Numbered from the stretch's first letter, positions 19,865 to 31,435 are shown. The stretch is DNA of 64,000 nucleotides from Spirochaetia bacterium (GCA_963662265.2 CAXXHA010000008.1:32001-96000); one strand, 5' to 3'. A program made the numbers and translations. The notes: generated by a model from the sequence alone, not told the origin.

Positions 19865-21423
19865 AAAGCACCTCCTAAAAGACTTACAAGTGAGGTGTAG
19901 TAACTTAAATCCCTTTTCTTTACTTCTATGTTTTTATTCTCATGTTTTACAGCTTTTATTCCTGTAAGAAGCTGTGGCAGAATATCCGGATAATTTTCAG
20001 TTTCACAGCTTCTTACATAAAGATAAGACTCTTCAAAATTCCTTGCAGATAGTGTTCCGTTTTCAATGCATAAATCTGCAGTTTTTGCTATTAACTTATC
20101 ATCAGGATTTGAGTTTATGAAAGCATAAAGCTCGCGCTGCTGATCTCTGTAATACCTGCTGTATTTTTTGTAATTCTGATCAACATATTGTTTCCATGAG
20201 TTACTGCTAAATCTGTTCTTTAATTTTTTGATAACTTCATCGGGCTTGGAATCATAATTCCTGAAATGATTATGTTTGGTTATTTTTTTCCCCTTTATCG
20301 GTGAGATTTTGTGCCTGGCAATCTCTTCTCCATCTATTTTGTCATAGATAAAAAGGTCTGTATCTGTTTGGTAAATCCAGACAGTTTTTTTTCTGAACCT
20401 GTTAGGGACAGAGTAAAATGAAGATGAAACACTTATCAATGATTTACTATTTACTTCCCTTGATTCTTTATTTATGATGCTTTCCCTTCTGAAAATAGAC
20501 GGCTTTAATTTTTTAAAATGTGGAATCTCTTTAAGCAAAGCTTCTTGAGGAATTATTCCAGTTGCCTGGCATATTTTACCGTTAGCTCTTCTTGAAAGCC
20601 AATTATTTAATGCCTCCTGTATTTGATCAAAGGATGTGAAATGTCTTGCTGAAAAGAAACTGCTTTTGATGAATTTCACAAAGTTTTCGACTTTACCTTT
20701 GCTCTCAGGGTCTGCTTTTCTGCAGACATACATCTTAAACCCCTGCTCATCCTTGAAGGCTTTAAATTCTTTTGTATACTTAATATCTCCGCTGTTTTCT
20801 TTAACAACCATGACTTTGTCCTGATCAATCACGATTTCTTCAGGTACCCCTCCTATTATTTCAAAGGTATCAAGTAAATGATTTATCACATCTATGGATT
20901 TAAACGGCCTCTTCTGTACTGCTGCATACTTGAATCTGCTTACAGATAGAATGACTCCAAAGATATATACTTTCTCACCGGTTTCTATTTCAGTTTCTCC
21001 GAAATCAAGCTGTAGTTGTTTTCCATGTGGAAGTTCTTCAACCGGTGTATAGATTCTCTTGTATTCGTAATTATCTACTTCTCCTGTTTTCTTTAAGAAA
21101 ATGAGATAATTTCTCAAAGTCCTTTCAGTGCCGGGAAGTTCTCCATATTTTTCTTCAAGAACATCATAGATTGATGAAGTGTATATTTTATTGTTATTTA
21201 AATTAAAAATATTCAGTATTTCATCTTTGAAAGGAGCAAAAATCTTTTCCTTTTCTACACTGTTTATCTGGTATTCAAGATACTCTGCTTCCGACATTTC
21301 AAAGTATTTTCTAACTGTTTTTCTGTCGATTTTTAATTCTCTGGATATTTTCCTTTTTGAATATCCTCTATTCTTGAAAACTCTTATTTTTTGGTACATA
21401 TTCATAGTAATCATTTGAGTCAT
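19861..21423 (-). CDS. istA: IS21 transposase IstA
   Basis: N-terminal HTH, QLDFG, GGVPEEIVID, PESKGKVE. Confidence 0.95.
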   Translation of the reverse strand: MTQMITMNMYQKIRVFKNRGYSKRKISRELKIDRKTVRKYFEMSEAEYLEYQINSVEKEKIFAPFKDEILNIFNLNNNKIYTSSIYDVLEEKYGELPGTERTLRNYLIFLKKTGEVDNYEYKRIYTPVEELPHGKQLQLDFGETEIETGEKVYIFGVILSVSRFKYAAVQKRPFKSIDVINHLLDTFEIIGGVPEEIVIDQDKVMVVKENSGDIKYTKEFKAFKDEQGFKMYVCRKADPESKGKVENFVKFIKSSFFSARHFTSFDQIQEALNNWLSRRANGKICQATGIIPQEALLKEIPHFKKLKPSIFRRESIINKESREVNSKSLISVSSSFYSVPNRFRKKTVWIYQTDTDLFIYDKIDGEEIARHKISPIKGKKITKHNHFRNYDSKPDEVIKKLKNRFSSNSWKQYVDQNYKKYSRYYRDQQRELYAFINSNPDDKLIAKTADLCIENGTLSARNFEESYLYVRSCETENYPDILPQLLTGIKAVKHENKNIEVKKRDLSYYTSLVSLLGGAL

Positions 21424-21626
21424 TCCTGGTAGTTTTTGTCGTGATTACATACTAAGGTTTGACTCTTTTTTTTTCCTATAGGGTGGGGAATTTTATTTTC
21501 CATCCTATGGGGATTTCATGTTACCATTTCCACCCCGCTAGGGTTGGCGTGTAAATTGCGTATGCAATTTGCATGACAAAAGGCAAAATCTGCTCCAACT
21601 GTTTGTTAAACGCTAAATTGCTGTTC

Positions 21627-22452
21627 TTAATTCATATTATATCCAAATTCTCGCGTTTTCATAATATTTTTCCAATGTGCTTCTCTTCGAATTATAATTT
21701 CATCATCAGTAATTGATGATCTTACTTCAAGAATTGAAAATTGATAATTATTTGCATATTCAATTCCTTTTTTTTCAATTACTTTTTTTAGATCAATATT
21801 ATTTCCATGTCCATTTTTTTGAGTAATTTTTCCATCTATCCCAAAAAGCATTTTCCCCATATGCTGAACCAACATATAATTTACCGTTTGTTTTATCAGT
21901 AATTAAATATACACCTTTTGTACTTGATAATGCACTTTTCCAAGATGCTTCTTCTTCATTAATTACTTCTTGTAATTCTTCATAGTTCAATAATAAATTT
22001 TCATATCCGGGAAAGGGTTCAATTTTATACGGTTTTTCAAGTAATTCGCTAATTTCAAAATTATTGATGTGTTTTTCTAACAATAGATATGAAGCACGAA
22101 AATCTTTATTAAATTTAATTATTAGTCGACCAATTAAATCTTTTTGTAATTCTGTTAAAATAGTCTTATATGAAAAATATTCTTTTTCTTTCGATTTATC
22201 ATATTTTTTAGTTACATCCAATTTTTCATAAATACCACCGTAGATCCAATAATTCGGTTTATAATAAATAAGCGATATAATATATTTTCTTTCAAAATTT
22301 TTATTATTCTGATATTCTTGCCATTCTTTAAATTCATTTCTAATTAATTTATATAATGGTTCTTTTTTATTAAATCGACCTATAGCCATATGGAGTTTGC
22401 ATTCATCGGCTTTATTAATTATTTCTGGGAAAATATTTTCGAATTTAATCAT
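21627..22452 (-). pseudogene. GIY-YIG nuclease, diverged allele, frameshifted in a homopolymer
   Basis: Near-identical to 9053-9877; T7 instead of T6 at ~21814-21820. Confidence 0.8.
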
Positions 22453-22589
22453 TATTTTTCCTTATTTAAATATTTTTTCTATCATATTTAATTACTGCTA
22501 TTCTATATTTATTAATTTTTCATCAAAATTTAAGTAATTTTTTATGCAAAAATACTCCTTTGAGGTTAAAAAATATCTATAATGCCGTT

Positions 22590-22690
22590 TAACGCCGATT
22601 TGAGCTGCAAAACTGTGCCGAAGGCTTGGCATGTATTCTTGCATCAGCAAGAATCATGACAAAAGATTTGTCTGCTCCAAATCATTGTTA
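22590..22690 (-). repeat. attC
   Basis: Conserved arms. Confidence 0.9.
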
Positions 22691-23881
22691 TATCTTAATT
22701 TGTTATTTGCAAATTTAATAATTTTTTTTCGATACAAATATTCATTTTTATTTAAATTTAAATCTTCTTCGATTTCACTTATTATCTTCTTTCTAATATC
22801 TGTAAAGATAGAAAAACTCACATCATCTTGTGGTGTTTTATTTAAATTTATAAATTCTTCTTTCATTTTTTTTAACAATTTCATCACTTAAACTATTATA
22901 AAATGTAGGATTCATGTACCAATTATCTGTTCCATATATCATCCATGATTCTATTGCAGAAATGATATTCAAATGACAATTCATATTTTTTTCAATATAG
23001 TATTTTGCTAATTTTTCATAAGTTGTAAGAGTCGTTAATGTTATTACAGTACCTTTCTTATGTGGTAAAATTGAACAGAGTAAAAAAAATCTATAGACCT
23101 TATCAAGTTCTTCAATATATAGCGGTATCAAAGAAAATCCCGATAAAGTGATTGGAAGAAAAAGATCTGTGTCTATATTAATATGAAATAATTCGCTATC
23201 CTCTTCTTTTAATATTTTTTCAGAATTCCTTATTAATATTTATCAATAAGGACAGTACTTCATTGTTATCATTTATTAATTTCTCAAAGTTCCTAGTAAT
23301 ATAGTCTTCGTAACCAGTAAGTTTTATAGGACTAATATCATAATATTTATTAGCAGTTTTACTATATTCATCTAATTGGTCATTAAAATATTCAGATAGT
23401 TTTTCTTGCCAGATATCTCCAGTTATAGTCCTATTAACAATTTCTCTACTTAATGTTCTAAAATTTTGTAATATAATCATATTATTTAAATAATCATTAT
23501 TTTTTTCAAAAACTAGAAATATTTTTCATGTTTTTCACAAAATCCTGGAAATGTTGATGCATTTTCAATACCTATTTCAACAAAATCAATATTTGTTATA
23601 GAATTTTGTGGTTGAGGATATATTAATTTCCCTTTCTCAGCTATTTCCCGTAGAGGCCCTTGTTTTTGGATTGAATGACTTTTTTTTATTGTTTTATTCT
23701 CGCACGCAGGAAATACACATATTTTTCTCTTTCTTTTTTCTTTATGAATTTTATTTATTTGTTCAAAATACTTGTTTCTAAAATATTCTTGATCATATTT
23801 ATTAAGCAGATGATAATCATTGAATTCATTATTTTTTTCCATTTCTTTTTGTATTTTTATTATTTTCTCAACATTTTCCAT
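22654..23881 (-). pseudogene. Fragmented ORF with an N-terminal Cys/His zinc-binding motif
   Basis: C...C..SHSIQK..ASTFPGFC..H in the first fragment; four collinear minus-strand fragments fill the cassette. Confidence 0.6.
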
Positions 23882-23937
23882 AATATACTCAATATTTAAA
23901 ATATTATTAGCGTTTAACGCTATTTACAATGTAGATA

Positions 23938-24037
23938 TAACACCCAGTTGAGCTGTTTGTCTGTCCCGAAGGGTTGGCGCGTGTTCTTGCTCTGCAAGAA
24001 CCGTGACAAAAGACAAATCTGCTCCAACTTTTTGTTA
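23938..24037 (-). repeat. attC
   Basis: Same as 32996 copy. Confidence 0.92.
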
Positions 24038-24301
24038 CACGATTTATTCTTCAATATTTGAATATATAGTATAAATAATCATTCTTAAGTAATCCCTGAT
24101 ATATTATGTAAATAATTTTAAGCCTGGATAACACATCCCCAACCATTATATTCTACATCAAATAATTTACTAATACATACAAATAAAGCTGAAATTGAAC
24201 ATAATATATTTTGTTGAATAGGCATATCAATAAAAACATTTAATTGGCATTCCCCCAAAACTGTAGACACTTGATATACTTAGAAACTAAGGAGTATTAA
24301 A

Positions 24302-24589
24302 GTGCCAAAGAGTCCCTACACAGAAGAATTTAAAGACGAAATATTAAAGCAAATAATGGAAGAAGAACACAGTGTTCTTGAAGTATCAAAAGCAACAGGA
24401 ATAAGTGACGTTACTCTTTATAACTGGCTTAGAAAGGCCGGGTGGAAATCCGGGGAGTCTCGAGAAAAGAAAAAATTAACAGAAGCAGAAAAGGAAAACA
24501 GAGAATTAAAAGCAGAGATCAGAAAGCTTAAGATGGAGCGTGATATCTTAAAAAAGGCCGCAGCGTACTTTGCGAAGGAGTCCCAGTAA
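24302..24589 (+). CDS. IS3 OrfA
   Basis: HTH; ERDILKKAAAYFAKE; AAAAAAG -1 frameshift motif at 24550-24556. Confidence 0.92.
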   Translation: MPKSPYTEEFKDEILKQIMEEEHSVLEVSKATGISDVTLYNWLRKAGWKSGESREKKKLTEAEKENRELKAEIRKLKMERDILKKAAAYFAKESQ

Positions 24590-24636
24590 AGTACGCTTTT
24601 ATTCGGGACAACAGAAAAGCGTTTCCAATTCGCCCT

Positions 24637-25446
24637 ATGTGCAGGATATTAAAAGTTAATCCATCAGGATTTTATCGGTGGTTAAAAACACCAGAATCTC
24701 CTAGAACAATAGAAAATAAAAAAGTGACAGAACTAATCCGTTTTTACTGGGAAGAAAGCGGTCAAGTATATGGAAGTCCAAATATACATGAGGATCTAAA
24801 AGAAGCAGGTTATAGCTACGGTGTTAATCGGGTTGCTCGTTTGATGAGAGTAGCTGGAATAAAAGGTGCTTACAGACGGAAACGGCATCATGTACCTTGG
24901 GTTCCTGGAGAAATTTACCAGAAGAATACTTTGAATAGAGAATTTTCTGTTGCTGAGCCAAATCAAGCTTGGTGTACTGATATAACATATATCCGAACTT
25001 ATGAAGGCTGGTTATATCTGGCAGTAGTAATTGATCTATTTAACAGAGGAGTTGTTGGCTGGTCGATGAAGAATCATCAGAAAGCAATTATTGTTATGGA
25101 TGCTTTGTTTATGGCAGTAAAAAGAAGAAGACCTACAAAGTCTGTTCTTATCCATTCTGATCAAGGGTGTCAGTTTACAAGTAAGGATTGGGAGGATTTT
25201 TGTGAGGCCCACTCTTTGGAAATTAGCATGAGTAGAAGAGGTAATTGTTGGGATAATTCTGTAGTTGAATCATTCTTTTCAAATCTTAAAAGAGAAAGAA
25301 TCAGGAATAAAATTTATAAAACCAGAGAGGAGGCAAGAAAAGATATTTTTAATTATATTGAAATGTTTTACAATACAAAAAGACGGCATGGTCATTTAGG
25401 AAAGCGAAGCCCTGCTGATTTTGAAGATAAGTTTTCATCAGATTAA
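24637..25446 (+). CDS. IS3 OrfB DDE transposase
   Basis: WCTDITY, HSDQGCQF, GNCWDNSVVESFF. Confidence 0.95.
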   Translation: MCRILKVNPSGFYRWLKTPESPRTIENKKVTELIRFYWEESGQVYGSPNIHEDLKEAGYSYGVNRVARLMRVAGIKGAYRRKRHHVPWVPGEIYQKNTLNREFSVAEPNQAWCTDITYIRTYEGWLYLAVVIDLFNRGVVGWSMKNHQKAIIVMDALFMAVKRRRPTKSVLIHSDQGCQFTSKDWEDFCEAHSLEISMSRRGNCWDNSVVESFFSNLKRERIRNKIYKTREEARKDIFNYIEMFYNTKRRHGHLGKRSPADFEDKFSSD

Positions 25447-25677
25447 AGTGTCTACAGAATCAGGGGAATGCCAAATCTATAATCATTTTCATCAATATAC
25501 TGTATTTCCGTTTTCCCATAATTATTATCTGTAATAAAATCTGCTACAATATTTAGTTTATCATTATCCTCAGAAGAAAATGTAAAATCTACAGTTCTTG
25601 ATTTATTAAAATCATCTCCTTTTTTATCCAAGCTAAATAGAGTTTTTGTATCTTCCTCTGATATTTCTAATAATTCT

Positions 25678-25959
25678 TCAACTAATTTCATTTTTAGTCC
25701 TATATTTATTTTTTATTAATATTTTTAATCTTAAAATTAATAAGCATGATAATAAAATAAATAATAATGCAAGATAAAGTATTAAAATTAATCCTGACAT
25801 TATTATTAACATTATTGAATATTTCACTGCAAGTTTGTTAGTAATTGTATATACTTTATAAAAAGCATAAATTGAAATAGATTTATTTTTTATACCATTT
25901 AAACCTTTAATCAAATTATAAAGTATTAAAGTAATAAAAATTAGGCCTAATAAAAACAT
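25678..25959 (-). CDS. Small membrane protein (1-bp variant of 33563-33784)
   Basis: Hydrophobic; duplicate cassette. Confidence 0.55.
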   Translation of the reverse strand: MFLLGLIFITLILYNLIKGLNGIKNKSISIYAFYKVYTITNKLAVKYSIMLIIMSGLILILYLALLFILLSCLLILRLKILIKNKYRTKNEIS

Positions 25960-26096
25960 ATTTATAGTATTCCTATTAAAAAATACTTTTTACAATTGAT
26001 ACTATTATATAGTATTTTTTAGATATTTATATCTTTATTTTGACAATCATATAAATAATATTCTTTGTTTTATCTAAAAAGCCCTGTAAGGGCGTG

Positions 26097-26198
26097 TAAC
26101 GCCGTTTTGAGCTGCAAAAGCTGTGCCGTAGGCTTGGCATGTATTCTTGCATAAGCAAGAATCATGTCAAAAGATTTGTCTGCTCCAAAACTTTGTTA
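26097..26198 (-). repeat. attC
   Basis: Conserved arms. Confidence 0.9.
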
Positions 26199-26249
26199 TA
26201 TTTTAATTCATTAACTTGAACAATCTTTTCAATTAATTCTAAATAGTAT

Positions 26250-27293
26250 TCATAAAAATTCAACCAATTTATTGTCTTGTTTATTCTTAGATTCTCTAAT
26301 TTCGATGTATGATTCATCAAAAGATATATAAAGATTTAAAAGAATATCAAATATTTCATTATTACTTTGATGCTTCAAATTATCAATAAAATCATTAAAT
26401 GTTGTATAACTATAACTATTAACAATATTATATTTTACTGATAATATTGTTATTATTTCATCGATTTGTTCTATGAATAATTTTATATAAATAGTTTGAT
26501 CTATTTTTGATATTTCTGATAAAACACCATTTTTCCATTTTGCTTTAAAAATAGGGATATTATATTTTTTTGCTATTATACTTATTGGAATAGTACTTTC
26601 ATTAGATACTTTATAACCAACAATAATTCCAAACAAACAATCACTTATATCAATATAGGTTTCTTCACATTTATTATCTTCAACAAGTATTCTGAATTCT
26701 GATTCACTTTGCCAATCTTTATTTTTTAAATAAAATATTTCATACTTGTTTAATCTAATATATTTCTTATACTCATTACTAATAATTTTATTATCTTTTA
26801 TATGATTTTTTTGTATTGTAAGATATTGTTCAATTGTATTTAAAGAATATTTAATTTTATCACAACGGCAAAAATCTCTATATTTATTTTTCATTTTTTG
26901 AATTATTTTATCTTTTTTAAATAATAAACAAGCTCCAGAATGGCTATCACCATATTGTTCCCACATCCTGGGTAAATTATACGGTTCATTATTTTCGGTA
27001 TTACAAAAGCAACTTATTTTAATATTTTCTTTTAAAATATCACTAATCTCACTATTTAGTGATTTCTTAAAATTATCATATATTATCTGCGGCCATTCAA
27101 TTTCTGTATTATTATTATTTTCAGTTAAATATTTATGTGGTAGTTTAAAATGATATTTATGATTTTCAAATGGATCATTACTTTTATATATATTATTCAA
27201 TAATATCTGTTTTTGTTTCAATATTAAATTAAAGCATTTATCCAAACTTGTATAATGTGCAATTATTTCAATATCATCTTCATTTCCTATCAT
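26250..27293 (-). CDS. DUF2971 domain protein
   Basis: HYTS, NDPFE, SCF, MWEQYG..HSGACL, K..W..E.EFR. Confidence 0.85.
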   Translation of the reverse strand: MIGNEDDIEIIAHYTSLDKCFNLILKQKQILLNNIYKSNDPFENHKYHFKLPHKYLTENNNNTEIEWPQIIYDNFKKSLNSEISDILKENIKISCFCNTENNEPYNLPRMWEQYGDSHSGACLLFKKDKIIQKMKNKYRDFCRCDKIKYSLNTIEQYLTIQKNHIKDNKIISNEYKKYIRLNKYEIFYLKNKDWQSESEFRILVEDNKCEETYIDISDCLFGIIVGYKVSNESTIPISIIAKKYNIPIFKAKWKNGVLSEISKIDQTIYIKLFIEQIDEIITILSVKYNIVNSYSYTTFNDFIDNLKHQSNNEIFDILLNLYISFDESYIEIRESKNKQDNKLVEFL

Positions 27294-27384
27294 AATACTA
27301 CCTTTTTAATTATCAATATTATAACTTTTAAAATCTACATGTAAATATCTTTTACATCGTTATCCGCTATTTTTATTATAAATA

Positions 27385-27575
27385 TAACGCCCAGTTGAGC
27401 TGCTCCGGTGTGCCTGAAGCGAAGCTGAAGGATTGGCATGTCTTTTTGCATTTATATGTTTGCTTTTAAAACATCAACTTAAGGATTCAAATAACTGCTA
27501 CAATTTTTTTTATAACTCTTACTTTTTCTATGCAAAAAGCATGACTAAACCGGGGTCTGCTCCAACTGATTGTTA
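27385..27575 (-). repeat. attC, long type
   Basis: Near-identical to 40066 copy. Confidence 0.9.
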
Positions 27576-27948
27576 TATTCTAAACCCTCGCAAGGTCAAT
27601 TAGCAAGGCAAGATTTATCTCTTAACGACCCGCCTATACGCAGTTGCTCTTTCAATAATTCGAAACAAAACAGCCAGGAGATCATTTCCTGACAGGCCAT
27701 ACCTCCCCAATTTTTTTGACCCTAACTCGAGGGGCATATCTTGGAAATGATCAAGCCCAAGATTTTACTATTCATGAGTGGGCAGGCATTGTCAGGCCCA
27801 TTTCACACCCCAGATTTTCTTTCCCTAATGGTCGGCTGCGCAGGATGAAGGGGCTTAAGACGCTGCAAACAATCCCCAAAAAAATCTTTTTCAAACTGTT
27901 TACCCGTTTATTGAGTGTTTTAATGGTTTCCACTAACTTTTGTGAATA
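27576..27948. other. Gene-less cassette body, family D
   Basis: No credible ORF; copy at 40256; stem GATCATTTCC/GGAAATGATC shared with family C. Confidence 0.87.
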
Positions 27949-28018
27949 TAACGCCCATTTGAGTTGCGCCATCGCAGAAGCGAAGCGCCGAGAAGGCGTC
28001 AACTCCAAATGATTGTTA
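27949..28018 (-). repeat. attC, short type
   Basis: Short-type arms. Confidence 0.9.
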
Positions 28019-28591
28019 TGAAGTCTCTTTTAATTTTTCTTCCAAGGATTCATAGAATGCTTTTTTATACCATTCTGTTAATGATCCTTCTAACTCTTCA
28101 TGTTCTTCAATTATTTTATCAAATTGATTATCTAATATTTTTCCAGTATAAACTAAATGTCCTAGTAAAATTGGACTAGTATTAATATCTACCAAATCTA
28201 ATAATTTGGCGGCTAATTTTCTTGCACCTTGATCGTCTGTAATAAATGATTGCCGTGTTTTTTTTGCAAAAATTATGGATGTAAGTTCTCCTTTCGATTG
28301 TCTTTTACTGTTTTTAAGAACATCAGCACTTTGTAAATCCTCTATCGAAATTGTATAATCTCTAAACTGAGCTCCGGTTCTTTCCTTCTCAAATCTTTTA
28401 ATTAATTCAATTTGTTTATTATCAATTTTTTTTCTCTCTTTATGTAAACATTCATAGAGTACAAAACTTGTAATACTAAAAGTAAAACCTTCATTAATTA
28501 CGGTTTTATAAAACAACTTTGAAGAAATAAGATTCCAAATTGAGCATGTATCAATAACTGAATATTTTTTTATTTCTTTATATTTACTCAT
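28016..28591 (-). CDS. PIN-like domain protein
   Basis: VIDTCS, VLYE, GELTSI, FITDD..AR acidic PIN pattern. Confidence 0.7.
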   Translation of the reverse strand: MSKYKEIKKYSVIDTCSIWNLISSKLFYKTVINEGFTFSITSFVLYECLHKERKKIDNKQIELIKRFEKERTGAQFRDYTISIEDLQSADVLKNSKRQSKGELTSIIFAKKTRQSFITDDQGARKLAAKLLDLVDINTSPILLGHLVYTGKILDNQFDKIIEEHEELEGSLTEWYKKAFYESLEEKLKETS

Positions 28592-29730
28592 TTCGATATA
28601 ATCTCTTGTTGAATATCTTAAATATTTCTAATAATTCATTATGTTGAAGAAATAATATCTCCATCATTCTATTAAAAGTTATCAAATCATTTTCATAGGC
28701 CATGAAGCATTTATTCAAATAAATCATTGACAATCCATTTTCAAGTATATGAGAGATTCTTTCATAACTTTTTGTATTGATATATGAAGTTAATTCTGGA
28801 TCAACTTTTTCACTTTTATTGATCCAAGTTTTTTCTAATTCTTTATATTTTGAAGAATCAATTTTGTTGTTATTATTTAGGGCAATTAATAATGTTTTTG
28901 GATTTGCAAGTATTTTTTTTGACCAAAATATTAATTTTTCCCTTGTCCAGACTTTATTTTCGGGGATGCTTTCAATTATATCAGTTGGACACAAATAATA
29001 AGATGAAAAAGTATTTGCTCTTATCTCTTTTAAATCACTCTTATCCCATTTTAGAAAAACTAATATTAATATCATCTTTCTTATCAAATATTGCATGACC
29101 AGCTTCATGTGCAGCTGTAAATCTTTGTCGATAAACATCTTCTGTATAATTTACAATTATACAATCACCAGCAATAGGATGATTAATGTAAATTCCAGAT
29201 ATTTTACTGTTTTCTAACTTTTTTCGATAAATCTTTATACCAATTTTTCTAAAATCTTGATAAACATTTAAACTCAATTCATTTCTTTTATAATTGAAAT
29301 GTTTTCTTAGTGACTCTGCGGCTTTTATCCCATGTTCTTTAAAATAAGTACCTTGAGGAAGAAATTCATATTTAGATTGTTTAATACCTAGTCTTTCATC
29401 TAAATAGTGTTCACATTCAGCTGTATATAAAACTTCTTGTATTGTCCATTTATCAATTTTGCTTAATTCACCTTCAAATTTTCTAAATAATTTATCAGTT
29501 TGCTCAAAAACTGATTTTTTTTGATTAGATATAAAATAATTATAGTCACATTTAAAAAAGTCAGCAATTATTAATATTTCATCTCCTGAAGGCTCTAATT
29601 TGCCATTTTCTATTTGTTTTAGTCTTTCTATTTCAATTCCAGTATTTTGTGATAAATCTTGTTCCGATACGGAAAATAAATTACGGTATTGAGTTATTTT
29701 ATTCCCTAAGGTTTTTAATTCAATTGCCAC
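28584..29730 (-). CDS. XRE-HTH + ImmA/IrrE metallopeptidase (frameshift near 29045, possibly assembly indel)
   Basis: HTH (IENGKLEPS), RQRFTAAHEAGH, then E..AN.F in the next frame. Confidence 0.8.
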
Positions 29731-29748
29731 AAAATCTCCTTATCTTCA

Positions 29749-29933
29749 TAACGCCAAGTTGAGCTGCACCGGTATGCCTGAGCGAAGCGAAGGATTGGCA
29801 TGTGTTTTTGCTTAATTTCTCTGCTTTAAAAACAGATCTGGAAGTAGTAAATAATTGCTGCAATTTTCGATAATTCTACTTTTTTTCCTGCAAAAAACAT
29901 GACAAAACCGGGGTCTGCTCCAACTTTTTGTTA
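29749..29933 (-). repeat. attC, long type
   Basis: Same as 12738 copy. Confidence 0.9.
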
Positions 29934-30287
29934 TATTCTAAATTCTCTTTTGTTTTTTTAACAACGCCAAAATAGTTCAAGTATCCAGACTTTCACAATT
30001 ATATCATAAACCTTTACGTGTTTCACTTTCAGAAACAAAAGGCCATTATTTTCTTCCTGCGCGGGCTCAGCGTGGGGAGTTGGCCCCATTTCCACGAATC
30101 GCGTGGGCAATTATCGCCAAACTTCACCACCCTCTATCCCTGCCAGGGTCGTGGAAATGTCTACCCTAGATTGGACTGTCAGGGATCGCCAGGTAGCCAG
30201 GACACCAATAATCCGGTCTGAACCAATTCCATCCAACTTTTCCCAAATTCAGCTACGTTTTACAGCTCCTCAAATTTTGGTGGAATA
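29934..30287. other. Gene-less cassette body, family B
   Basis: Copy of 12923-13276. Confidence 0.88.
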
Positions 30288-30389
30288 TAACGCCAAGTTG
30301 AGCTGTTTGACTGCCCCGCCAGGGTTGGCGCGTGTTCTTGCAACAGCAAGAACCGTGACAAAAGTCAAATCTGCTCCAACTTATTGTTA
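30288..30389 (-). repeat. attC
   Basis: Same as 8933 copy. Confidence 0.92.
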
Positions 30390-30407
30390 AACGCTAAATT
30401 TCAATAC

Positions 30408-31232
30408 TTAATTCAGATTATATCCGAATTCTCTGGTTTTCATAATATTTTTCCAATGTGCTTCTCTTCTAATTATTATTTCATCATCAGTAATTGACGA
30501 TCTTACTTCAAGTATTGAAAATTGATAATTATTTGCATATTCAATTCCATTTTTTTCAATTACTTTTTTTAGATCAATATTATTTCCATGTCCATTTTTT
30601 GAATAATTTTTCCATCTATCCCAAAAAGCATTTTCCCCATATGCTGAACCAACATATAATTTTCCGTTTGTTTTATCAGTAATTAAATATACACCTTTTG
30701 TACTTGATAATGCACTTTTCCAAGATGCTTCTTCTTCATTAATTACTTCTTGTAATTCTTCATAGTTCAATAATAAATTTTCATATCCGGGAAAGGGTTC
30801 AATTTTATACGGTTTTTCAAGTAATTCGCTAATTTCAAAATTATTGATGTGTTTTTCTAGTAATAGATATGAAGCTCGAAAATCTTTATTAAATTTAATT
30901 ATTAGTCGACCAATTAAATCTTTTTGTAACTCTGTTAAATTTGTCTTATATGAAAAATATTCTTTTTCTTTTGATTTATCATATTTTTTAGTTACATCCA
31001 ATTTTTCATAAATACCGCCGTAGATCCAATAATTTGGTTTATAATAAATAAGTGATATAATATATTTTCTTTCAAAATTTTTATTATTCTGATATTCTTG
31101 CCATTCTTTGAATTCATTTCTTATTAATTTATATAATGGTTCTTTTTTATTTAATCGACCTATAGCCATGTGGAGTTTGTATTCATCGGTTTTTTCTATT
31201 ATTTCTGGGAAAATATGTTCGAATTTAACCAT
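30408..31232 (-). CDS. GIY-YIG nuclease family protein (copy 2)
   Basis: Protein identical to 9053-9877. Confidence 0.9.
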   Translation of the reverse strand: MVKFEHIFPEIIEKTDEYKLHMAIGRLNKKEPLYKLIRNEFKEWQEYQNNKNFERKYIISLIYYKPNYWIYGGIYEKLDVTKKYDKSKEKEYFSYKTNLTELQKDLIGRLIIKFNKDFRASYLLLEKHINNFEISELLEKPYKIEPFPGYENLLLNYEELQEVINEEEASWKSALSSTKGVYLITDKTNGKLYVGSAYGENAFWDRWKNYSKNGHGNNIDLKKVIEKNGIEYANNYQFSILEVRSSITDDEIIIRREAHWKNIMKTREFGYNLN

Positions 31233-31369
31233 TATTTTTCCTTATTTAAATTTTTTCTCTATCTTACATAATTATTGCTATTCAATATTTATTCATTTTT
31301 TATCAAAATTTAAGTAATTTTTTATGCAAAAATATTCTTTTGAGTTACAATAATAACTATGATGCCGTT

Positions 31370-31435
31370 TAACGCCCATTTGAGTTGCGCCATCGCTGGC
31401 GCAGCCGAGAAGGCGTCAACTCCAAATGATTGTTA
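31370..31435 (-). repeat. attC, short type
   Basis: Short-type arms. Confidence 0.9.

Larger units (their letters stand above)
19061..21532 (-). mobile_element. IS21-family element
   Basis: Ends TGGAAATGG / CCATTTCCA; 5-bp target duplication CCCCG (19056-19060, 21533-21537); istA and istB. Confidence 0.93.
19030..21608 (-). repeat. attC interrupted by IS21 (halves 19030-19060 and 21533-21608)
   Basis: Removing the IS and one CCCCG restores a standard attC. Confidence 0.88.
24245..25473 (+). mobile_element. IS3-family element
   Basis: IRs TGGCATTCCCC..CTGTAGACACTT / AAGTGTCTACAG..GGGGAATGCCA; 3-bp duplication AAT confirmed by the empty-site copy at ~33300. Confidence 0.95.
24118..25691 (-). 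pseudogene. RraB-like protein interrupted by IS3
   Basis: Intact duplicate at 33176-33517. Confidence 0.85.
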
